NCBI GenBank assembly: GCA_043732185.1
Contig: JAYTHY010000117.1
Coordinates: 1-21,921, forward strand
Reading direction: 5' to 3'
Length of the DNA: 21,921 nt
DNA from: Fibrobacteria bacterium
Lineage (GTDB): Bacteria > Fibrobacterota > Fibrobacteria > UBA11236
The first letter of the stretch is position 1, and each line of letters begins with the position of its first letter. The translations under genes were made by a program, and so were the position numbers. Below the pieces are notes generated by a model. It worked only from the letters and a program-made list of their open reading frames with translations. It made no database searches and was not told the DNA's origin. This document shows, one piece after another, positions 9,577 to 17,281 of this stretch.

Positions 9577-9628
9577 TCTCTATAATCGTTGAAAGAATTA
9601 CAACACTACGATGGAAGAAAAATAGTTA

Positions 9629-9994
9629 TCACTTAATAAACCGATTGATCTCTTTTACAAAGGTCCGTGTATCTATCGGCTTTCCAATGAATCCGCTGTT
9701 CGTAATGGAGGTTATTTCTTCACTGCCTTCCGCCATTACCGAGGCAGTCACAAAAACAATCGGGATATCGAGTGTCCTTTTATCCAGACGTAAAATCTTG
9801 GCAGCTTCAGAGCCACGCATATCCGGAAGCCGCATATCCATAATTATAATATCCGGTTTTTCTTTCTTGGCAATGCCAATCCCACTCGAAGCATTTTCAG
9901 CTTCGAATACTTTAAAACCGGCAACCTCAAGCAGGTCTTTTTCGAGCATTAGATTGTTTGCGTTATCATCAATAACTAAAGCTTTCTTTCGCAT
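9629..9994 (-). CDS. Single-domain response regulator, DivK-like
   Basis: LVIDDNANNL, PDIIIMDMRLPDMRG, IPIVFVTASVM, FIGKPID; starts 1 nt after the upstream kinase stop. Confidence 0.9.
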   Translation of the reverse strand: MRKKALVIDDNANNLMLEKDLLEVAGFKVFEAENASSGIGIAKKEKPDIIIMDMRLPDMRGSEAAKILRLDKRTLDIPIVFVTASVMAEGSEEITSITNSGFIGKPIDTRTFVKEINRFIK

Positions 9995-9995
9995 C

Positions 9996-12440
9996 TCACG
10001 CGACCTTTTGGGATATTATGGGCAGCGTAAACCTGACCAAGACCCCTTCATTTAACCCCTTCGATTCTACCGCCAACTTCCCCCCATGCAACTCAACCAA
10101 CTTCTTAGAAAGCGGCAATCCCAACCCGGTTCCCTCTGTTACCCGAGAATAGGGAGTATCAACTCGGAAGAAGCCTTCAAATATTTTCTCCATGTTTTCA
10201 GGTGCAACGCCGACCCCTGTATCCCAAACCACTATTTCTATCTCAAAACCCGATTTCTTCGCCCGCATTCCGATTTTACCACCCTCGGGGGTGAATTTAA
10301 TTGCGTTTGAAAGCAGATTGAAAATTATCTCTTTTACCTTGAGATCATCCGCCATAATATTCGGCAAATCTTCGGATATTTCCAGCAGCATTTGCAGCTT
10401 CTTTTTACTGACCATATCCGCAACCAGCATAGAAATATCATTTAATAGGTTTTTCATGGACACATTGGATAAAGCTAGTTTCATCTTTCCAGCTTCAACT
10501 TTTGCCATATCCAGTATCTGATTAATCAACAGTAGTAGATGCTTTCCACTGGTTAAGACATTGCTGACATATTTTTTCTGCTTTTCATTGAGCTGTCCGA
10601 AAGTCTCGTCGAATAATACCTCAGAGAAACCATTAATGGAATTAAGCGGGGTTCGTAGTTCATGTGACATGTTGGCTAAAAATTCAGATTTTACCCTAGC
10701 AACCCGTTCCAGTTCGTTGGCCAAACCTTTTAATTCTTCATGAGCTTTTTCCAGCCCGGATTCAATGTCACGGCGTTCCGTGATGTCTTCGATGGCCAAA
10801 AGGATGATCCGCTCCTTTCCCGACGCTCTTTGAATTTGTCGGGCATTCAATAGCATGATGCGCCGGCCAATGGTGGCAAAATCGTGTTCGACCTCATAGT
10901 TATCAAATGTGGTTTTCTGGGGAAGGATCGTTTCCAGCAGTTCCCGTAGCTTTGGGATGTTCCACTGTTTATTGCCCAGGTCATAGATAAGCTGGCCGAC
11001 AGTTTCTTCTGGATTTACTTTAAAGACTTCATAGAAGGAACGGCTGACGGAAACCACCCGTAAATCTTGATTCAGGGCGATTAAAGATTCGCGCACCGTA
11101 TTGATGATGCTCTCTGAATATTCATGGGCCGCATCTTCGGATATTTTAGTCGCTGCCAGTTCTTTACGGGCTTTTTCCAGCCCGGATTCAATATCCTTGC
11201 GCTCGGTGATGTCCTCGATGGCAAGAAGAATGATGCGTTCTTTTTCCGATCCTCTTTGAATTTGCCGGGCATTTAAAAGCATGATGCGCTTGCCAATGGT
11301 GGCAAAGTCGTGCTCGACCTCATAGTTATCGAAACTTGCCTTTTGGGGAAGGATGGTTTCCAATAGTTCCCGTAGCTTGGGGATGTCCCATTGTTTATTG
11401 CCTAGGTCATAGATAAGCTGACCCACAGTCTCTTCGTGGTTTACTTTAAAGACTTCATAGAAGGAACGGCTGGCAGATAGCACCCGCAAGTCCTGATCCA
11501 GGGTGATTAAGGGTTCGCGCACCGTGTTGATGATGCTTTCGGCATATTCAAGGGACTCATCCGCGGATTTCTTAATCACTGCCAGTTCTTTACGGGCTTT
11601 TTCCAGGCCGGATTCAATGTCCCTGCGCTCAGTGATGTCTTCGATGGCCAGTAGGATGATTCGCTCTTTTCCCGATGCTCTTTGAATTTGCCGGGCATTC
11701 AATAACATGATGCGCCTGCCAATGGTGGCAAAATCGTGTTCAACCTCATAGTTATCAAATGTTGTCTTTTGAGGAAGAATTGTTTCCAGCAGTTCCCGTA
11801 GCTTGGGGATGTCCCACTGTTTATTTCCTAGGTCATAGATGAGCTGGCCGACAGTTTCTTCTGGATTTACTTTAAAGACTTCATAGAAGGAGCGGCTGAC
11901 GGAAACCACCCGTAAATCTTGATTCAGGGCGATTAAGGATTCACGCACCGTGTTGATAATGCTCTCTGAATATTCATGAGCCGCATCTTCGGATATTTTA
12001 GTCGCCGCCAATTCGATACGGGCTTTTTCAAGCCCGGATTCAATGTCTTTGCGCGTAGTGATGTCCTCGATGGCAAGCAGAATGATGCGTTCTTTTTCCG
12101 ATCCTCTTTCTATTTGCCTGGCATTTAAAAGCATAATGCGCTTACCAATGGTGGCAAAATCGTGCTCGACCTCATAGTTATCGAAACTTGCCTTTTGAGG
12201 AAGGATGGTTTCCAATAGTTCCCGCAGCTTGGGGATATCCCATTGTTTATTGCCTAGGTCGTAGATAAGCTGACCCACAGTCTCTTCGTGGTTCACCTTA
12301 AAGACTTCATAGAAGGAACGGCTGGCAGAAAGCACCCGCAGGTCCTGATCCAATGTGATCAAGGGTTCACGCACCGTGTTGATGATGCTCTCGGCATATT
12401 CGCGGGCGACGTCTTCCAGTATTTGATTACCTTTTTCCAA
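9996..12440 (-). CDS. Cytoplasmic sensor histidine kinase with four tandem PAS domains
   Basis: TTG start after AAGGAAGGA RBS; 4 PAS repeats; H-box KSEFLANMSHELRTPLNSINGFSEVL; NLLSNAIKFT, DTGVGV, GTGLGL; no TM segment. Confidence 0.93.
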   Translation of the reverse strand: MEKGNQILEDVAREYAESIINTVREPLITLDQDLRVLSASRSFYEVFKVNHEETVGQLIYDLGNKQWDIPKLRELLETILPQKASFDNYEVEHDFATIGKRIMLLNARQIERGSEKERIILLAIEDITTRKDIESGLEKARIELAATKISEDAAHEYSESIINTVRESLIALNQDLRVVSVSRSFYEVFKVNPEETVGQLIYDLGNKQWDIPKLRELLETILPQKTTFDNYEVEHDFATIGRRIMLLNARQIQRASGKERIILLAIEDITERRDIESGLEKARKELAVIKKSADESLEYAESIINTVREPLITLDQDLRVLSASRSFYEVFKVNHEETVGQLIYDLGNKQWDIPKLRELLETILPQKASFDNYEVEHDFATIGKRIMLLNARQIQRGSEKERIILLAIEDITERKDIESGLEKARKELAATKISEDAAHEYSESIINTVRESLIALNQDLRVVSVSRSFYEVFKVNPEETVGQLIYDLGNKQWNIPKLRELLETILPQKTTFDNYEVEHDFATIGRRIMLLNARQIQRASGKERIILLAIEDITERRDIESGLEKAHEELKGLANELERVARVKSEFLANMSHELRTPLNSINGFSEVLFDETFGQLNEKQKKYVSNVLTSGKHLLLLINQILDMAKVEAGKMKLALSNVSMKNLLNDISMLVADMVSKKKLQMLLEISEDLPNIMADDLKVKEIIFNLLSNAIKFTPEGGKIGMRAKKSGFEIEIVVWDTGVGVAPENMEKIFEGFFRVDTPYSRVTEGTGLGLPLSKKLVELHGGKLAVESKGLNEGVLVRFTLPIISQKVA
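10743..12401 (-). repeat. Intragenic tandem repeat, four units with 426-bp (142-aa) period in A-B-A-B order
   Basis: Anchor cgcaccgt (TVR codons) occurs at 11092, 11518, 11944 and 12370, exactly 426 bp apart. Units 1/3 and 2/4 are near-identical in protein. Confidence 0.97.
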
Positions 12441-12475
12441 TAATTCCTTCCTTCATGTGCAAATGAACTTGGATT

Positions 12476-13096
12476 CTACGGAATATTCTTCACTATTGGG
12501 GCCGGCGCCTCTCCCATTCTCTCCACCCTATAACGAATGATGGTTTGGTATTTATCTGGATCACCCTTAAAAATCTTTCCCGGTGCTCCGAGATATTCTT
12601 CTTCATGGTCTCCGGAAATTGCATATCCATTACGAGAAATAAATGATTTTAAAACTGAGTCATCAGAACTTGCATCGGCATAAGGTCCAATATGCACGAG
12701 TTCTACGACAATACCATATTCCCAAACTTCCATGGCGATGTTTGGTTCCTTGATGGATGGAAAGTTATCCGAAATCGGCAATGCATATTTTCCCACCCAT
12801 GCGCGTTTATCAGTTTCAGGGAGCGACAATGGCCATCGAGCGCGCACAATTTTTGCGGTTTGCTTTTCCTTTGAACCAGCATGATTGTAAAACGCGCGGT
12901 AAAGTTCCTGAAAAGCAGTTTTGGAAACCTTGGCTGGGTCTCCGGTCATAGTCAAGACCAGCATTCGCTGATTTGCCATGTTCGTGATTCGAGGCTGAGA
13001 CTGATTTTCTGATCGATTCGCTTCAGCGGCGAAAAGGCTGATAGCTACTACCAGAACCAAGGTCAACCCAAAACCTACATAAATTCTTTTTTTCAT
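12476..13096 (-). CDS. GyrI-like small-molecule-binding domain protein with N-terminal signal peptide/anchor
   Basis: ATG 13096 with GAGGAGG RBS 8 nt upstream; MKKRIYVGFGLTLVLVVAISLFAAEA signal; GDP, HIGPY, GYAISGDHEEEYL, DPDKYQTIIRY. Confidence 0.78.
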   Translation of the reverse strand: MKKRIYVGFGLTLVLVVAISLFAAEANRSENQSQPRITNMANQRMLVLTMTGDPAKVSKTAFQELYRAFYNHAGSKEKQTAKIVRARWPLSLPETDKRAWVGKYALPISDNFPSIKEPNIAMEVWEYGIVVELVHIGPYADASSDDSVLKSFISRNGYAISGDHEEEYLGAPGKIFKGDPDKYQTIIRYRVERMGEAPAPIVKNIP

Positions 13097-13203
13097 TGGC
13101 CTATCCTCCTCATCTATGGTTAGAATCTTCATCTTCCGTGGTTGGAATCCTCGTCACCCGTGGTCTGAATATTGTTTATTACTTAGGGGAGAACCACAAT
13201 AAA

Positions 13204-15750
13204 TTGAACGAATCATTCTGGAGCCGTTCCACCGAAGACCTACTCCAATCGCTAGGCAGCTCAACCCGTGGTTTAACCCCACAAGAGGCTGAAATAAGAG
13301 TAGAAGCCCTTAAAAGCCATCGTCTCCAGGCTGAGGGAGCACGCTCTTGGCCAGCCACCCTACTGGGCCAATTCCGCAGCCCGATTATTGTTTTACTCGT
13401 GGTTTCGGGCGGCCTATCTCTCTTTTTAGGCGATATCGTAGAAGGCCTGCTTATCCTTCTTATCATTGCAGTCAGCGGATTTCTTGGATTCTGGCAAGAA
13501 AGGCGCGCGGCTATAACGGTTGCCAAATTGATCGGGCTACTTACCATTCGGGTCGCGGTCTGGCGCGAAGGGAACGAGCTTCAAATACCGATTGATGAAG
13601 TGGTTCCAGGAGATATCGTAGCCCTTAAGGCTGGTTCAGCAATTCCCGGGGATGCATGTCTGCTTGAGTCCAAAGATTTATTCGTGGATGAATCCCCGTT
13701 AACGGGTGAATCATTCCCCGCTGAAAAATATTGTGGTGTCGTTTCAGCGGAAGCCGAACCGCATCTACGCACCAATGCTTTATTCTTTGGGACACATGTT
13801 GTAAGTGGCACGGGCCGTGTGCTGATCATCCAAGTTGGTGACAACACGGTTTTTGGAAAAGTGGCCGGAGACTTAGCCCATCGTGCGCCTGAAACGGCTT
13901 TTGAATCGGGCATTCGTCATTTTGGATATTTGCTGCTCGAAGTTGCGCTCGCCTTGGCGCTCGTCATTTTTGCCGTGAATGTTGGGTTTCATCGCCCTAT
14001 ACTGGACTCGTTCCTTTTCACGTTGGCCCTGACAGTAGGGTTAACGCCGCAATTGCTTCCGGCTATTCAAGGCATAACCATGGCGCGCGGGGCCGCGCGA
14101 ATGACGGAGCGCGGAGTGATTGTAAGGCGTCCGGCTTCCATTGAAGATATCGGCGGCATGGATGTGCTCTGCACGGATAAAACTGGAACTTTAACTCAAG
14201 GCAATGCCTCATTGCAATCCGCTCTGGATCCCTGGGGCGCAACCAGTGTAAAACTGCGTCTCTATGCCTATATCAATGCGTCTTTACAAGCGGGTTATGC
14301 TAACCCCATTGATGAATCGCTAAGGCAGGAACCGCAACCAGGCATTGAAAATTATCATAAAACGGAAGACATTCCCTACGATTTTTCCCGACGGAGGCTA
14401 AGCGTGGTCGTGGAGTTTAACGGGCAACGTTTGCTTGTGACCAAGGGCGCTCTGGACCAGGTATTGGAAATCAGCACCAGGGTCGAGTCTGCGCAAGGTA
14501 CGCCCATCCCCATGGCCGAACTGCGCGCGGAAATAAAAAAGCAAACCGAAGTCTTGACCAAGGATGGCTTTCGTTGTCTGGGCGTGGCGTATCGGGAGTT
14601 AGCCAAAGAAGACCGCGCCGAAGTCAGTAGCGAAAAGGAAATGATTTTTGTCGGGACCTTAGGCTTTTCCGATCCTTTGAAACCTGGGGCGCGCGAAAGT
14701 CTAGCAGAAATTAGGGCTCTAGGGATAGACGTAAAACTCATCACCGGGGACAATGGGTTGGTGGCGGCTAAAATCGCCTCTGAAGCCGGCTTCAGCAGGC
14801 TGGGTGTTATTACCGGGACAAAATTGCGACTGATGAATACGCGGGCTTTGACTACTGCGGTAACCCAATTCGATATCTTTGCGGAAATGGATCCGAACCA
14901 AAAAGAACGCATCATCGCAGCCTTAAAAAAAGCCGGTCATTCGGTGGGATATCTAGGCGATGGCATCAATGATGCTCCCTCAATACATACCGCCGATGTA
15001 GGTATTTCCGTGGACACGGCCGTGGATATTGCCAAGCAAGCCGCCGATATCGTGCTTATGCGCAAGGATTTGAGTGTATTGGCTGAGGGCATTCGCGAAG
15101 GCCGCCGGGCTTTTTCCAATACCATGAAATATATCTTTATAACAACCAGCGCCAATTTTGGAAATATGCTTTCCATGGCCGGGGCCTCATTTTTTGCTGC
15201 TTTTCTACCGATGTTGCCCGGGCAAATCCTGCTCTTAAACGTCATCAGCGACCTACCGGCTATGGCCATTGCATCGGATCAAAGCGATCCGGAAATGCTC
15301 CAGAAACCGCGCCGCTGGAAGATTCGCGATGTGCAGCGCTTCATGCTTGTTTTTGGATTGATAAGCACAGTCTTTGATTTCCTTACTTTCGGCACCTTGC
15401 TTTTATTAAAAGTGCCTACAGCGCAATTTCGCACCGCCTGGTTTTTGGAATCCGTACTCTCGGAGCTGATGATACTCGTAATCATTCGTACCCAGCGCTG
15501 GTCCTTTAAAAGTCGCATGGGCAAGGGACTTCTCTTTGCCACCCTGGGCGTGACCATTCTGAGCTTGAGTATACCGTATCTGCCTTATGCCGAATTACTT
15601 GGCTTTCAACCCCTGCCGATAAAAATTTTACTCCTTATTTTCCTTATCTTGGGATTTTATGGCCTCGCTTCTGAATTGGCAAAGGGCCCTTTTTATAGAA
15701 CTGGAATTGGACAAGAAAGGCTCAAAAGAGTCGGGAGGCAGCGGCCATGA
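13204..15750 (+). CDS. mgtA: Magnesium-translocating P-type ATPase (P3B)
   Basis: TGES, VGLTPQLLP, DVLCTDKTGTLT, IPYDFSRRRLSV, TGD, GDGINDAP, NTMKYIFITTSANFGNMLS, FLPMLP, FRTAWFLES. TTG 13204 (after AGGGGAG) preferred over 13096, which collides with the divergent gene; start uncertain. Confidence 0.9.
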   Translation: MNESFWSRSTEDLLQSLGSSTRGLTPQEAEIRVEALKSHRLQAEGARSWPATLLGQFRSPIIVLLVVSGGLSLFLGDIVEGLLILLIIAVSGFLGFWQERRAAITVAKLIGLLTIRVAVWREGNELQIPIDEVVPGDIVALKAGSAIPGDACLLESKDLFVDESPLTGESFPAEKYCGVVSAEAEPHLRTNALFFGTHVVSGTGRVLIIQVGDNTVFGKVAGDLAHRAPETAFESGIRHFGYLLLEVALALALVIFAVNVGFHRPILDSFLFTLALTVGLTPQLLPAIQGITMARGAARMTERGVIVRRPASIEDIGGMDVLCTDKTGTLTQGNASLQSALDPWGATSVKLRLYAYINASLQAGYANPIDESLRQEPQPGIENYHKTEDIPYDFSRRRLSVVVEFNGQRLLVTKGALDQVLEISTRVESAQGTPIPMAELRAEIKKQTEVLTKDGFRCLGVAYRELAKEDRAEVSSEKEMIFVGTLGFSDPLKPGARESLAEIRALGIDVKLITGDNGLVAAKIASEAGFSRLGVITGTKLRLMNTRALTTAVTQFDIFAEMDPNQKERIIAALKKAGHSVGYLGDGINDAPSIHTADVGISVDTAVDIAKQAADIVLMRKDLSVLAEGIREGRRAFSNTMKYIFITTSANFGNMLSMAGASFFAAFLPMLPGQILLLNVISDLPAMAIASDQSDPEMLQKPRRWKIRDVQRFMLVFGLISTVFDFLTFGTLLLLKVPTAQFRTAWFLESVLSELMILVIIRTQRWSFKSRMGKGLLFATLGVTILSLSIPYLPYAELLGFQPLPIKILLLIFLILGFYGLASELAKGPFYRTGIGQERLKRVGRQRP

Positions 15751-16937
15751 CTAAAATAGGTGGCCGTATATTAACCATGAATGGTGGTTCCTCAAGCATC
15801 AAGTTCGCTGTATTCACCATCGACCCGGTTCTTGTCAAAATATGGGAGGGCAGTATCGAACGAATCGGAATGCCTGAGGCCCGCTTCCGGGTGAAAGGCC
15901 TCGCGGAGGCAGATGGTTTTGCTCGCTCAGTAGAGGCTCTGGATCATGCCTCGGCCGTGAATATTCTGATGGACTGGATCTTGGGAGCAAGAGTCCAAGA
16001 AAAATTGGTGGCTGTCGCGCATCGCATCGTGCATGGGGGACCGAAATATTCACAACCCCAGAGCATTACCGGGGAGATGCTAATTGAATTGCGGCGGCTC
16101 ATTCCCTTCGATCCGGAGCATCTTCCCCAGGCGCTCTTGATTGTGGAGGCCATTGAAAAACGCATTCCAAATTTGGTTCAAATAGCTTGTTTCGATACTG
16201 AATTTCATCGCAACCTTCCACGCGTGGCACGGTTGCTCCCCATCCCACGCCGCTATGAGGCTCAAGGGTTGAAACGTTACGGATTTCACGGACTGTCGTA
16301 TGCCTATCTCATGGACGAATTGGCCAGACTCGCTGGCGCGCAGGCTGCCAAAGGACGGATCATTCTAGCCCATTTGGGAAATGGGGCAAGCCTCGCAGCC
16401 GTGCATGATGGCAAGCCCGTGGACACAAGCATGGGCTTTACGCCTGCCTCGGGCCTGGTCATGGGAAGTCGATCGGGTGATTTGGATCCGGGGATATTCA
16501 GCTATCTCTCCCGCACCGAGGGCATGACGGAGGTACAGTTCCAACGCATGGTGAACCATGAGTCCGGAATGCTGGGCATATCGGAAACGAGTTCTGACAT
16601 GCAATATTTACTTGGCATCGAATCCCAGGATATTCGGGCAGCGGAGGCTATCGAATTATTCGTCTACCAAATCCGGAAAGGCATCGGTGCATTCGCCGCT
16701 GCCTTGGGCGGACTGGATACCTTGGTTTTTTCCGGCGGTATCGGGGAAAACGCGTCCTTGGTGCGGGCCCGTATTTGCAAGGGTTTGGGTTTTCTCAGCA
16801 TCCAGATCGATGAAAAAAGAAACGAGGTGAATGCGGAGGTGATTTCCACTGACTCCTCTAAGGTTTCGGTGCGAGTTATTCCCACGGATGAGGAATTGAG
16901 GATGGCGCACTTAATTTTGCATGTCCTTGGTAATTGA
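15747..16937 (+). CDS. ackA: Acetate/propionate family kinase
   Basis: NGGSSSIKF, HRIVHGG, FDTEFH, RYGFHGLSY, HLGNGAS, DTSMGFTP, RSGDLDP, GGIGEN, PTDEE; ATGA overlap with mgtA. Confidence 0.95.
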   Translation: MTKIGGRILTMNGGSSSIKFAVFTIDPVLVKIWEGSIERIGMPEARFRVKGLAEADGFARSVEALDHASAVNILMDWILGARVQEKLVAVAHRIVHGGPKYSQPQSITGEMLIELRRLIPFDPEHLPQALLIVEAIEKRIPNLVQIACFDTEFHRNLPRVARLLPIPRRYEAQGLKRYGFHGLSYAYLMDELARLAGAQAAKGRIILAHLGNGASLAAVHDGKPVDTSMGFTPASGLVMGSRSGDLDPGIFSYLSRTEGMTEVQFQRMVNHESGMLGISETSSDMQYLLGIESQDIRAAEAIELFVYQIRKGIGAFAAALGGLDTLVFSGGIGENASLVRARICKGLGFLSIQIDEKRNEVNAEVISTDSSKVSVRVIPTDEELRMAHLILHVLGN

Positions 16938-16960
16938 AGCGAACTAAAAAAGGAGTCGAA

Positions 16961-17281
16961 ATGATGAATCATACAGGTGGATGGATGAACGGATGGATGG
17001 GAGGCAGCATGTGGGCATGGTCACCGATCGGCATTCTGGTCGCGATCCTATTGGTAGTCGTGATTATAATACCCACAGCCAAGACGGTAAGCCAAGCTGC
17101 GACTGCTTTGCAGAGGGCGGTCAAGGCCAATGAATTCGGCGTCCTCCATATCCACAACCTTAAGGACACTTTGACGCCGACCAAGCTAATTGAAATGTTC
17201 AACGCTCCCGAACTCAATGACGTCGCCCAAGAAGTAGAGGGTTCGATCGTCAAGATTATGAATGAGACTGCAATCTCATGA
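16961..17281 (+). pseudogene. Chimeric 106-aa ORF: Gly/Met/Trp-rich single-TM peptide fused to an internally deleted DUF302-like domain
   Basis: AAGGAG RBS then MMNHTGGWMNGWMGGSMWAW plus a TM helix; KTVSQAATALQRAVKANEFGVLHIHNLKDTL (DUF302 start) joins directly to PTKLIEMFNAPELNDVAQEVEGSIVKIM (DUF302 end); central CNP/LPC segment absent. Confidence 0.65.

Noticed and set aside
8432..10055. Plus-strand ORFs 8432-9001 and 9498-10055
   Set aside because: Antisense shadows of the kinase and receiver genes.
10743..12401. Repeats as a CRISPR array or assembly artefact
   Set aside because: Units are 426-bp in-frame coding repeats with no spacers, and same-type copies differ at many synonymous sites.
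13097..13203. Mg2+ riboswitch or MgtL-like leader upstream of mgtA
   Set aside because: Only about 107 bp shared with the divergent gene; no M-box-like structure or Pro-rich leader ORF recognised.
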